The notes beneath the pieces are model-generated. The model saw nothing but the letters and a program-made list of their open reading frames with translations, had not been told where the DNA came from and did no database searches. Shown here in pieces: positions 13,037-25,368 of a DNA stretch of 64,000 nt; positions within the stretch are counted from its first letter, which is position 1; each line of letters begins with the position of its first letter. The DNA is from Macrostomum lignano (taxonomy: Eukaryota), in the NCBI GenBank assembly GCA_002269645.1, contig NIVC01003752.1, positions 1 through 64,000 of the forward strand. The letters are read 5' to 3'. Both the position numbers and the translations under genes were made by a program.

Positions 13037-14368
13037 CATGACACCATCGATTCTTGACATGATCTCACCAATTTTTTACATGACCTCATCGATTTTTAGC
13101 ATGACCTCATCGATTTTTAGCATGACCCCATCGATTCTAAGCATGACCTCATCGATTCTTAGCATGACCTCATCGATTCTTAGTATGACCTCATCGATTC
13201 TTAGCATGACCCCATCTATTCTAAGCATGACCTCATCGATTCTTAGCATGACCTCATCGATTCTTAGTATGACCTCATCGATTCTTAGCATGACTCCATC
13301 TATTCTTAGCATGACCTCATCGATTCTTAGTATGACCTCATCGATTCTAAGCATGACCCCATCTATTCTAAGCATGACCTCATCGGTTCTTAGCATGATC
13401 CCATTGATTCTTAGCATGACCTCATTGATTCTTAGCATGACCCCATCGATTCTTAGCATGACCTAATCGATTCTTAGCATGACCCCATCGATTCTTAGCA
13501 TGACCTCATCGATTCTAAGCATGACCTCATCGATTCTTAGCATGACCTCATCGATTCTAAGCATGACCTAATCGATTCTTAGCATGATCCCATTGATTCT
13601 TAAAATGACCCCATCGATTCTTAGCATGACCCTATCGATTTTTAGCATGACCCCATTGATTCTTAGCATGACCTCATGGATTCTTAGCATGACCCTATCG
13701 ATTCTTAGCATGACCTCATCGATTCTTAGCATGACCCTATCGATTCTTGGCATGACCTCATGGATTCTTAGCATGACCCTATCAATTCTTAGCATGACCC
13801 CATTGATTCTTAGCATGACCCCATTGATTCTTAGCATGAACCCATTGATTCTTTGCATGACCCCATTGATTCTTAGCATGAACCCATTGATTCTTAGCAT
13901 GACCCCATTGATTCTTAGCATGAACCCATTGATTCTTTGCATGACCCCATTGATTCTTAGCATGAACCCATTGATTCTTAGCATGACCCCATTGATTCTT
14001 AGCATGACCCCATTGATTCTTAGCATGAACCCATTGATTCTTAGCATGACCCCATTGATTCTTAGCATGACCCCATTGATTCTTAGCATGAACCCATTGA
14101 TTCTTTGCATGACCTCATCGATTCTTTAGCGTGACCTCATCAATTCTTAGCATGACCCCATTGATTCTTAGAATGACCACATTGATTCTTAGCATGACCC
14201 CATTGATTCTTAGAATGATCCCATTGATTCTTAGAATGACCCCATTGATTCTTAGCATGACCTTATCGATTCTTTAGCGTGACCTCATCAATTCTTAGCA
14301 TGACCCCATCTATTATTAGCATGACCCCATCGATTCTTAGCATGACCCCATCGATTTTTAGCATGACA
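13037..14368. repeat. Minisatellite, 21 bp unit catgacctcatcgattcttag, about 63 copies
   Basis: Direct tandem repeat lying just downstream of the kelch gene stop. Confidence 0.96.
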
Positions 14369-14541
14369 TGACCACGTGCATTCTAAGAAAGCCTCCCACA
14401 ATTAAGACCTTGCCTGAAATTATTGAGCAACATTGATTAATTTATTGATCAATTGATCAGCAATTTATAATATTTAACTGACATAATCTTATTGAATCTC
14501 ATCTACTTGTATTTTTAAAAGAAGCACCCAGATCAACAATT

Positions 14542-15119
14542 TCAGGTTAAACTGAAACAACCTCGCCAGATAGCTAACGGGCTACGTTTGAATCCGGTCT
14601 CCTGGGCGCCAAGGCACAGCACCGAGGCGCCAAACTCGCCGCCGCTGCCAACAACAGCAGCGGGTTCAGCGTCGAGTTCATCATCGTCAGCGCCGATGGA
14701 AGCCGCGGAAGCGCCGCCAACCGTAGAACCGCAGCTCGACGAAACGGACAGAGACGGATTAGCGAACGCCCACGAGACGGGGTCAGCTGCCGAAGTCGCT
14801 GCCGCATCAACTGGTCCTCCACCCGGCTGCCTAATTGTTGCCAATTCAATTTCCGCTCCGGAACATTGATGACGATTATAATGAGAAGATTCGAACTCGC
14901 GACCTTCGTTAGACCGACTATTAACTTGTTGAATAGATGGCTTAGTATAGTGCGGAAATAATGACAGCAGACTGTGATGCACCGTGCCTCTTGGCCGTTG
15001 CTGGCGCTGCTGCTGTACAGATCGTACCGGAGTCCAAGTCTCCGAGGTCAGTCGCAATGACCACAGCTGGTCTGTGGTCCGTTGGTCTCGAGTTTCGCCG
15101 CCAAATATTAGCATGTGAC
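14542..15119 (-). CDS. Kelch-repeat protein, last exon
   Basis: Acceptor ccctgccAG at 15121-15120, phase 1, in frame with the preceding exon. GHMLIFGGETRDQRTTDQLWSLRLTSETW kelch blade. Stop at 14542-14544. Confidence 0.8.
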
Positions 15120-15227
15120 CTGGCAGGGTATAAAAGATTTTGTTTACAACCTGGCGCAACAAAGCATGTCGGGCATGTACACTCTGTGTCTTGGTGGTTG
15201 GTTGCACATTATTATTATATTGCTGTT

Positions 15228-15330
15228 CAGTCCAAGGACTGGGGGGGGGGGCGCCACACACACACAGCCCCAATTACCCCAGCTAATGCTGGCACCCATT
15301 TTACAGCTGGGCAAACTGAAGCACTGCATC
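15228..15330 (-). mobile_element. CORE-type SINE fragment (same family as 19081 and 38620)
   Basis: Shared ctgttcagtccaaggactggggg...gctggcacccattttacagctggg segment. Confidence 0.7.
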
Positions 15331-15384
15331 TATAAATAAATAGAAAACGCTGTTCTTTATAAGAGAGCATTCCTCAATATCACC

Positions 15385-15460
15385 GGAGGGGTTGTAGCCT
15401 AGTGGTTAGAGCGTCGGAGTCACGACTTGAAGGTCGGTGGTTCGATTCTCGACCGAAAGT
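15385..15460 (+). pseudogene. tRNA-like sequence or tRNA-derived SINE head
   Basis: A box tagcctagtggttag and B box ggttcgattct at tRNA spacing. Anticodon and acceptor stems pair poorly, so not called a tRNA gene. Confidence 0.6.
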
Positions 15461-15771
15461 TGTAAATTATATGTCTGCCACTTTAAAGCAAATCCAAACA
15501 ATTCAATCTATTCTATATCATATTATAACGTATAATTAATTATATTCGGTAAAATATATAGTATTAAATTTAAAAGAAGTCCCATCAGGCTAGGCACAAA
15601 GTGCATTAGAATCATCATGCAGAATCAATGATATAGAAAAGTGCAACAGTGAAGTGTATATTCTTGACTCTCCCAGTTTTTTATTTAATAATTATATTAA
15701 CTATCCAATTCAGAATACAAATCAGATCAGTTTTTCTTATGCAAATTGAATTTCTGCTATTAGCAGAATTT

Positions 15772-15870
15772 CAAATGATGTGAACTGCAGCAGAGTGCCA
15801 CAATCACAAATGATGTGAACTGCAGCAGAGTGCCACAATCACAAATGATGTGAACTGCAGCAGAGTGCCA
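15772..15870. repeat. 35 bp unit, about 3 copies (caaatgatgtgaactgcagcagagtgccacaatca)
   Basis: Direct tandem repeat. Confidence 0.9.
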
Positions 15871-16569
15871 CTATTCAACCCTTAAAATTATTTATATGAC
15901 CACAAACAGCGTTTAAAAGCAGCTATTTTTTCGTTAAATCCGCTGACATAAAACAAAGGCAGACAGAATCATGGCTGCGAAAAGAAGCTTATAAAATTTC
16001 AATTGAAATTTACCTAAACAGGTATCCTTGATCTCACAGTGGCATCAGTGTCAAAAGAGAGAAAAACTAATTTTCTCAACAAAAAGGACTGAAACCTCGT
16101 TAATTTTAACAACTATAATTAAAGCTTTGAAATTGCAGTGCCAATAACAGATTAACAACGTTTTTAGAATATTTATTCGCTTTAAATCTTTTCTAAATTA
16201 AGATTCTTCTTTGTTGAGAGTTAGAGACAAAGCTTAAGAAGTGAATTTTTCGATTAAGGATCCAATCAAGGATTCAGGACACACATGTAGACACACGCAT
16301 AGGTGGCCATTTGACTTGAAAAGTGAAAATGGTGATTCTTTCATATCTCTATCAGCCAGGCTATCAAAAAGCATATGCTATGCATTGTATGATTTAAAAA
16401 ATTGAATAATCATACTTGGATTCCATTATTATTAATCAGTTTGTTACTTTCTAATAAAAATGCTTCTTTCTATCACAAATCAAGAGATTTGAAAAGTAGA
16501 AGGAATCAATAACTTTAATTCCACCTCTTGTACTCGTAAATTGACACTAACTGAATGACTATCTAAGGA

Positions 16570-16900
16570 AGGCCGGCAGTGCGTAGCCCAGTGGTCTAGC
16601 TAGGCGCACTGATGTGCCAGCGGCCCAGGCTCGATTCCAAGTGCAGTCGCATTAATTTGAGGCTAAATTGGAATCTCGGCTTGGCTCTGCTCGTGCAATC
16701 AACGCCCAGCTGAGGGCCAACCACCAAGGCACAGTGAAGTGTACATGCCTAACGATAAATACAGTTAGGGCCGCTGTACACTCCTGTGTGAGTGTGTGCC
16801 TGTGTGTATGACTGCGTACGCATCCGCGCGCTTGTGCGCCTGCTCAGGGGAGTCGGCGGAATGGGCAGCAATGCCTCTCGCCAGCTATGAACGCTCTAAA
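16570..16900 (+). mobile_element. tRNA-derived SINE-like element in a kelch-gene intron
   Basis: A box tagcccagtgg and B box ggctcgattcc, followed by a body of about 250 bp. Confidence 0.55.
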
Positions 16901-16912
16901 CAGCAGCCTCAC

Positions 16913-17470
16913 CCTGCACAATACAGGCCGAATGAAATGCAACAGCTTGAGGCCCTCCATTAGCCGTTAACTCGCTAACGTGACCGCTACTTGACTGATT
17001 TCCATCCGTCGGGATTCGAATCCGGGACCACTGGCCAATACGAAAGCTCCAGCGCCACAGGTCGGGCTGGCAGAGGTACAGGCCGCCATAGCCGCCGAAC
17101 ACGTACATGCCGCAGTCGTGGGCGCAGGCCGTGTGTCCGAACCGAGCACTCGGACCGAAATAAGCGTCAGACGAACTATTCGAATCGCTATGGATTGAAG
17201 TTAAACCAGTAGAACCGTGCGATCCGTCCGACCCGGTGTCGGACAGCTGGCCAGCCGGACAGCCCGGCCAGACCAGATGCCATTCCTCCGATTTCAGATC
17301 GAATCGCCACAGTTCTTGAGTAGGCTTGTCAGCGTAACCGCCAAAGATGTACAGGTAGCGGCTGTGAAGCACTGCGCTGTGATTGCGGCGGCTGCTTGGC
17401 TGGGGCTGATGCTGCTGCTGATGATGCTGCTGCAGGTGCTGCTGCACTGGCGACAGGCGGCCAGATGGAA
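16913..17470 (-). CDS. Kelch-repeat protein, middle exon
   Basis: Acceptor ctgaccgcAG and donor GTGAG, phase 1 at both ends. Blades SSRRNHSAVLHSRYLYIFGGY...LWRFDLKSEEW and ARFGHTACAHDCGMYVFGGY. Confidence 0.85.
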
Positions 17471-17544
17471 CTGCGGTCAGTTTTTAAGGGGATTTTTTTA
17501 GCTGGGAATTGTTGTAAACACTGGTTACAGTTAGATTAATCATG

Positions 17545-18430
17545 TCATCTGAATTGAGATTCTTAAGGTGAGATGGACTGAGATTCTCCAGGTCAGATGG
17601 ACTGAGATTCTCAAGGTGAGATGGACTGAGAGTCTCCAAGTCAGATGGACTGAAATTCTCAAGGTGAGATGGACTGAGATTCTCCAGGTCAGATGGACTG
17701 AGATTCTCAAGGTGAGATGGACTGAGATTCTCCAGGTCAGATGGACTGAGATTCTCAAGGTGAGATGGACTGAGATTCTCCAGGTGAGATGGAATGAGAA
17801 TCTCAAGGTGAGATGGACTGAGATTCTCAAGGTGAGATGGAATGAGAATCTCAAGGTGAGATGGACTGAGATTCTCCAGGTGAGATGGAATGAGAATATC
17901 AAGGTGAGATGGACTGAAATTCTTAAAGTGAGATTGACTGAGAATCTAAAGGTGAGATGGACTGAGATTCTCGAGGTGAGATTGGCTGAGAATCTAAAAT
18001 TGAGATGGACTGAGATTCTCAAAGTGAGATTGACTGAGAATCTCAAGGTGAGATGGACTGAGATTCTCAAGGTGAGATGGACTGAGATTCTCCAGGTGAG
18101 ATGGACTGAGAATCTAAAGGTGAGATGGACTGAGATTCTCGAGGTGAGATTGGCTGAGAATCTAAAGGTGAGATGGACTGAGATTCTCGAGGTGAGATTG
18201 GCTGAAAATCTAAAAGTGAGATGGACTGAGATTCTCAAAGTGAGATTGACTGAGAATCTCAAGGTGAGATGGACTGAAATTCTCGAGGTGAGATTGGCTG
18301 AGGATCTCAAGGTGAGATGAACTGAGATTTTCAAAGTGAGATGGACTGAGATTCTCAAGGAGAGATTGACTAAGATTCCCTAGATATGATAGACTGGGAA
18401 TCTCAAGGTGAGACGGACTGAGATTCCCAA
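17545..18430. repeat. Intronic minisatellite, 24 bp unit aaggtgagatggactgagattctc, about 36 copies
   Basis: Direct tandem repeat filling most of the intron. Confidence 0.96.
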
Positions 18431-18480
18431 GTTAAGATTGGCTTACAATCTTTAGATGGAACAGGCATACAGACACTCAC

Positions 18481-18928
18481 CAGCAGCCGCAGGCGCAGTC
18501 AGTTGATCAACCACCGCTACCCCACCAGGCTGCCACTGCCTGCTAAGCCGCAGTCTCGGCGACACAATCCACAAAGGACAGTCCGGATAGCCTCCGTGGG
18601 TGCCGCCAAACAGGTACAGCCTGCCATTTGCGCCAGTCATTGTGTGACCGTCTAAATGAGGTGGCGCGCAACCAGTCAGGCTCAGCCGCTCCCAGCCTGC
18701 GTCCGAGCGCCAACGCCAAGTGTCTTTCAACGGTTGCCGACCTCGCCGACCGCCGTGTACATACAGCCAGCCATTTAACAGGGCGCAGGCCTGTTTCCAA
18801 CGGCCCAATGGTTGAGGCTGATCGGCACTATCCAGAAGACTCTGCTCTTCATCAGAAACATCTGGAGCAAAGGTGCCGTTAAATGGTGTTGGCCCAGTCA
18901 GTTGAGACCATTGTACAGTGTTGTCGGT
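18481..18928 (-). CDS. Kelch-repeat protein, first visible exon (start codon not located)
   Basis: Acceptor ttttaacacAG and donor GTGAG, in phase with the next exon. Blades LNGWLYVHGG and GHTMTGANGRLYLFGG. Confidence 0.8.
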
Positions 18929-19080
18929 CTGTGTTAAAAGTAAATGATTAAAATAGCTTTATTAACTGTTTATGCTGCTAACAGTAGCAATAAATGGAAA
19001 TTTGATCTAAAATCGTTTATTTATTTTTCACTTTAATTTAATTGTTTATGATAAGAATAAAAAGTAATTAGACTTGCAAC

Positions 19081-19310
19081 AATGGGCAGATATGCAACCG
19101 ACAGCTCAGCCGCAGCTATTGCGCGGTGCACCTGAAGGCTGCGTACAGCTGTTCAGTCCAAGGACTGGGGGGTCGCCACACAGCCTCAATTACCCCAGCT
19201 AATGCTGGCACCCATTTTACAGCTGGGTGAACTGAAGCAATGCAGAGTTAAGTATCTTGCTCAAATACACAAATTGCTCCAGTTGGGATCGGGAATCGAA
19301 CCCCCAACCC
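19081..19310 (-). mobile_element. CORE-type tRNA-derived SINE
   Basis: Minus strand reads B box ggttcgattccc, then gagcaagatacttaac, then cagttcacccagctgtaaaatggg (CORE-like). Paralogous to 38620-38857. Confidence 0.75.
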
Positions 19311-20099
19311 CCAGACCAATGTAGTCCACTTTGATAAAAGACAGCTAAAACAGTGGATTTTTCAAATTAGAAAGCTAAAAACTGGATTAAGCACATCTTT
19401 GATTAGAAATTAGAAATGGTTGCCAGCAACAGGAATGCAAAATCATTGCATTTCTCTTATGACTGTGGTGTGACAGCCTTCACTCTCAAGCACCCTATTA
19501 GATACTATCAATACTACTATCAGAAGTAGCTATATTAATAATTAGGATTCTTTGATTCTTTTTGCTAAAAATATTAAATTATAAATTAAATAAAATAACA
19601 GCACGAATGGCTCAATCAAAATAGTTTGAACATACAGACATTTTCTAAATAAATATTGTTATTCTATAATTATTGAGCAAAAGTAAGCAGACAACTGCAA
19701 ACAAAATAAATAAGTGACCATTACAATTCCAAAGTTAGTACACTTCATTGCCAAAAAAATAAATTCAGACACCAGTTTTATATCTATCTCTCACCTGCAA
19801 CATCATTCTAGAATATTCAAAAGAGACATTTTCTCTTTCATTGCACATAAAAGCCTGTAGGCCAAAGGATTAAAAGTAGTTATGCAATAATTTTACCAAA
19901 AAATTTATCAATCTATTTATGTCATTTTTTATTCAAAGCAGGAGCTTTAATTATGAAATTAAACAAATATCAATATATTGATTCCTACCTTTATTCTTGA
20001 TGCAACAGCATTGCTATAATCAGCAATAGACATGTATTTTGTCTGGAAAATAGCAAGAAAAAAGATTTATAGCTAGTTGGCATAGGTAGATAGCCAAGA

Positions 20100-21350
20100 A
20101 AAAAAATCTATTTAAATTATGTCATGGCTTGTGTATTGTAGTTTATTAAAGACACACCATGAACATATCATGAGAATATTTTGATAAAAACATGGCATTA
20201 CTATTCATTAAACTCTTGATTAAACAAAACATTTTTGATTTCTTAAAGATTAGACAATAACATTGTTTAACCACTAATTTTTTCAACATTTCTTTATGAG
20301 CTTCCTTGCAAAGTACTATGATATCTGATTGCAAATTGTTTTTGAAATGCTATAAGTAGACAAGCAATGAAGTTCCAATGCTCTTTGAAATGTATTGCTA
20401 TGCTTCCACGTGCACAAGCTCTGTGCTTATCACCACACAAGAAAGGAAATCCAGTGCAAATGCATAGATTTTCAAAATATGACACTATAGCAAAGTGCTA
20501 GTAGCAGCTACTAGAGCTAGATATTCACTTGCAAACAAATATATCATAGGGCCTATATGTGTGCAGCTTGTACTTTATGGATGAGGCCTACAATTGCCTC
20601 AAGCCTGCAACCTGCCTTCTGCCACTACTGTGGCAGAGCAACAATAGCTACTAGATGCTGTGCCAAGAACAGCTATTGCAAGTGAGAGCTCTCACCTTTG
20701 CAGCCAATTCTAAGTGCAAGAGGCAATAATAAAGTGGCTGCAGAGGCAATTATTGATGGTCAAGGCTAGTGCAATGCAGGTATGCATCCATGGCCATGTG
20801 GCTGAGGTAGCTTCTACCAGTCAACTGAAGAGCAGCTGCACCACAAAAGTCTTGTTGCTTATTGGCTATTACAAAACCACTAGGCATTGCCTTTGCAAGA
20901 TGACAATCATGCTGCAACTAGTCACCTAATACCATCAAATAAAGCCTCTAGCAGCAACTCCAATGAAGCAGCTATCATGCTATTGCACAAACTGATAGAA
21001 GGCTTGATTGCTGACCAAGGCAATGCAGTACTAAACAAGGCCACTGAATATGTTGCTGGCTATGTGCTAAAATGAGTGGTGTGTAGGACTGCATTGACTG
21101 CAGTGTCAGATCTGTCTGGCTATCACATGCAACACAATAGTCATTATCTGGCTCACATAGTCATTAGCCTCATACACATTTTGCTTGTGGCTTTGGATGA
21201 GTTTTGCAAGATAGAGGCTGCTTTCATAGCATTATTTCCTAGTTTTACTTGTAGCTAAACAATTGGCTGCTATGTTCATAGCTGTAGCAGTTGCATTGCT
21301 AGCATGCAGCTTACAACTACATATGTGTAGCATCAAATATGCAGCATGTT
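20100..21350. mobile_element. Highly decayed DNA transposon remnant (P/THAP9-like C-terminal motif)
   Basis: + frame ATEYVAGYVLK*VVC resembles the YIAGYV motif, and the TGA is compatible with CGA decay. Almost no CpG remains. Confidence 0.35.
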
Positions 21351-22240
21351 TGCATGGCTTCAACTGTATCATTGGTGCCCTTACAAGATAAAAAGCCTAT
21401 GAGCAGAGGCGAGCAAGAGCAGCACATTGAAAAAAGTTTCATAAACTGATAGACTGATTAATTGATAAGAAATCTTTCTGTTTAGTTATATAAATATAGA
21501 ATATATAATAGAGCCGTCTATAGTTAACTACAATAACATAGCCTTCAATGCAATCTAAAGCATTTAAACTGCTGCTTTTAACTGTGGAAAATATAATTAT
21601 AAGTTTATACTTGCATATAAAATCATAATACAATTGCTACATTGTATTCATTGGTTCTGAATTTTTTTAAATATAAAAAACACTAAAATGTTTATATTAC
21701 TACTAAGCAGAGAATAGAATAAACAAATTTATAATGAAAATTATTCAGAGTGGCCTGTCTACTGTTGTCTGTTGATAATATATATAGATAAAAATAATCT
21801 ATCAATTTTCTCTCTATGAAACTAAAATTTCTAAGTAGGCCCTTATAAAAATCTTTTTCAATAAAACTAAAAACCATAAAAAACATTTCTATGAAACTGA
21901 AATCCATCAGTGCCAATTAGCACTGCACCTCAGTCTAGCCTTGCCAAGCCTCCAAATTCTATTAACATGTCAACCACATGTGTTTGCATTTGCACTTTGT
22001 TGGTCACTGGCCTCACCTTGCACCCAGGTCAAGTTTCTAGACTTTTAACAGGTGGCACCAGGTGACTATAAACATACTGTTACAAAATTCTTTAGTTTTG
22101 CCAATCAAGTTTCAATAATAGGCAAACCTCAACTGCTAGACATGCTCAGCTAGTCGCTTAAGTATTCTATTATTAACCCAATGTCAATGCCAAAGGCATG
22201 CATCTATTACCTTGACAAAAAAGTTTATAGCACTTCTTTG

Positions 22241-22931
22241 TAGAGCTGTCACAAGATCTTGATGAGACAAGATTCAAGACAAGATCTTGACATTTTTTCT
22301 TGTCTCGAGAAATCTCAAATTTTGTCAAGAAATTCGAGACGAGATTCAAGAATTTTTCTGATACTTTTTTTCAAAAGCTTTTAAGTGATAAGATATAAAA
22401 AGGGGAGCAAATTTTCATATAAATACAACTGTTTGTTGTAACACGCTTGATAGGGCAATTTTCAAATGGTAAAATCTAGCCAATGTCAAGCAGTTTTAGT
22501 TATTTAATGAACATTGTTATATATGAGTTTGCATTGCATATGCACTCTTTTAGTTATCATTTCAGTTCTGCGGCAAGGTGTATCATAGCAGACTCGAAGA
22601 CAATCTACATAGGTCTTTTGATGAATTAGTAATAGACATAATAGGGTCAATGGCCTATATGCTACAAGCATAAATGCTTATGAATAAATAGCAAAGAATT
22701 AAAACTAGAATTAAGAAAGTATTCTGGAAAATTTAAAAAATATATTTTAGAATTGTATCTTATCAAGAAATTTAAGACAAGATAAGACAAGATAAGAGCA
22801 AGACAAGATGCAATTCTGAAATCTTTTTTTTTAGATTTACTTTGTCTTGTCTCGTCTTGAAATTCTCAACTTATAAGCCTGTCTCGTCTCAAATCTCGTC
22901 TTAAATAAAATCTCTAATTTTGACAGCTCTA
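22241..22931. mobile_element. Non-autonomous hAT MITE, 691 bp
   Basis: TIR TAGAGCTGTCA/TGACAGCTCTA; 8-bp TSD CTTCTTTG at 22233-22240 and 22932-22939; subterminal GAGAC(G/A)AG repeats. Confidence 0.88.
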
Positions 22932-24050
22932 CTTCTTTGCTAGATTTGCTCGTTTTGCAAGTAGCATTCCTATGAGGCACTGACAAGCTAAAGAAGACAA
23001 GACAAAAATAATGTATGGCAATCTTCAAGTTTCATTCGTTAAATTATTTTTTCAATGATTTCTAAATTATCTTGCTCTGAGATGATTATTTTTGAGCTCT
23101 CCAGTGTACCCAGCCCTTTCCTAGCTAAGAAAGTAGCAGCTTTGTTAATATTAACCTCTAACGTACCATAAAGCCAGAAATATAAGATGCAAACAAGCAA
23201 AGCTAACATGTAACGCTGAGTACAAACAGACAGAAATAGTAACACAGTGGGGTACAACAGGGGCAGTAGTAGCAGTCCAGTTCAGAAGCAACAGTTTAGC
23301 ATATAGAACTCAATGCTTAGACATTATAGTAATGTGCGATCTAGTAGATGAGGTCCAGTAGCTGACATAGCTTGAGGGCAATTCCACAAATGGGTCACCA
23401 CTAGGACAAAAATAAAAAAATTGTTGAATAATGACAACTTTATGTTTATAATATAGTTAAACATGTATATTTTTGTCCTTTTTATTTTTTTTAATCTGCT
23501 GCCTTTTTTCATTTGATTTTTTGCTCCCAATGTACATACCCTTCACCCGGACCTAAATATAATGCTTTTCTTATAACAAATAATTTCATTCCCTGGCTGT
23601 TTGGAATTTCATTGAGCCATACTTTTTTCTATACGTTAAGTGTGTCTTTTGCAGCTTATTGCAATCTTTCTTTTTAATGTAAAGTTCATAGGACAAGGAA
23701 TATTGGACTTCAAAGTTTAAAAACTGTAGTACAGCTACGACCGTCACAAAAAAATCTAAAAAGATTTTCCTTGGCTTTCCTGTAAGACCTACTATTGTAA
23801 AAATGCACAAAAAATTAGTCTTTCATGTGTACTTTTATTTGGTATAATTTGGTTCACATAAGTCTTAAGGGCTAGTAGAAAAAAGTCTGCAAAGTTAGCT
23901 ACGACCATCACAGGAATTTTGTATCTAATGACACTCTATAGTATACCAGCTGGTATACTTTCATATCATCTTCTTTTACGAATTGAAATCAAGTTAAAGG
24001 CATTATTAAACTTCCAATGTACCATATATTCAGTTTTGCAGCAATTCACA

Positions 24051-24470
24051 ATGAAGCCTTCCTCACAGCGTAGCAAGGACTATCGCATAAGACATGCAGC
24101 TGTCCTTCGAGAAAAAGAGCGGCTGAAGAGTGAGCGGCGCCGAGCTTTGCAATCACCAACGCAGGTGAGGGATCAGAACCACCAGGCATGCATTCGGTTT
24201 CAGAAGTGTAAAGCCAAGCGTGCTGCTGCTGCCTCTGCTGAGCCTGCTGATGATCCTGCTCCATCATCATCTGTCGGGCCCCTATGCTGCACAAAGAATG
24301 GCGAGCCAGAGGCCAAGGTCAGTGTCATGGCTGAGTGCGGGCCAAACACCTACCGCTGGCCAAAGAAGCAGGACTGCATTTATTTTGCACTGTCAGACAT
24401 CGTGCAGCATCTTCAGCCCCCCACGCCCAAGAACAATCGTGGGCACTTTGAGTTCCCCATCCCATTTTGA
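24051..24470 (+). CDS. 139-aa ORF resembling fused N- and C-termini of a transposase
   Basis: Acceptor ttttgcAG just upstream of the ATG. Basic N-terminus (SQRSKDYRIR...KERLK) joined in frame to VSVMAECGPNTYRWPKKQDCIYF..DIVQHLQPP.P.NNRGHFEF. Confidence 0.45.
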   Translation: MKPSSQRSKDYRIRHAAVLREKERLKSERRRALQSPTQVRDQNHQACIRFQKCKAKRAAAASAEPADDPAPSSSVGPLCCTKNGEPEAKVSVMAECGPNTYRWPKKQDCIYFALSDIVQHLQPPTPKNNRGHFEFPIPF

Positions 24471-25211
24471 GTTTGACTATAATTTGTATCCTGACTGGGT
24501 GGCTATATGTCTGCAGCTGTCTGATTAAATAACTGTTCAATATTGGTGTGTATCTGTCCCTGACTATGCGTGACTAAATGCCCTTGACTTTGTTCACCTG
24601 GGCAAATGATTGTTCACCCCAACTACTGTTCATTTTGCTGCCAGCGTTTTGCTGTTCCCCCAGTTGCTCATAGCAGTTACTTTCCTAATAGCCAATTTAC
24701 CATTTTCTAATTCAAATGCATTGTCTAACTCATTTTATAGTTAAATTGCACACGTTTTAACATTGGATTAGCGCCATTTACCAGATGGATGCCAGGGGTC
24801 ACTTGATGGGATAGCCAACTGGGGTCATTGTCTAGCAGCCTTCCATCAGAAGCTCCAATGATGACCCCCATAATAATGATTTTTTGTCACTTATAATTAC
24901 TGTTGAAATACGTAACATTGGTGTATAATTTGAATTATGACCTTTAGTAGTCTTTTTTTATTTGTGTTACATGCAGTTTTCAATTTTTCCGAGTTGGTTA
25001 GAGTGGGTAAATTGAAGGCTACGACTGTCACGCTACGACCATCACAACAAAAAATAATCATAAAAATTAATAAAAAAAGAGTACTACGCCTAGCTTTGTC
25101 TCTTTTTTCAAGGTGCTAGTGTTTTTTATCAGAAACAGACCAATTTAGATACCTAAGCAGTTGTAATTCTCAGGATTTAAAATTCTTTTTTTCCAACTGC
25201 ACCATGCTTGG

Positions 25212-25368
25212 GCACAACCTTGGGATTCCCTCGGCCGTTTCTATTGGCAACACACACATGTAAGTTGCTATTGGACGGAATAGTAGTCACGTGACTGCTC
25301 TCAGCCAATAGCGACTTACATGTGTGTGTTGCCAATAGAAACGGCCGGGTGATTCCCAAAGTTGCGCA
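25212..25368. repeat. Near-perfect inverted repeat (hairpin) of about 155 bp
   Basis: Arms ttgggattccctcggccgtttctattggcaacacacacatgtaagttgctattgg / ccaatagcgacttacatgtgtgtgttgccaatagaaacggccgggtgattcccaa; the loop contains the palindrome agtcacgtgact. Confidence 0.9.

Noticed and set aside
15385-15460. Functional tRNA
   Set aside because: Anticodon and acceptor stems do not pair and there is no T-run terminator; kept as SINE head or pseudogene.
15772-15870. C/D box snoRNA (atgatg)
   Set aside because: The motif recurs only as part of a 35-bp tandem repeat; no D box or terminal stem.
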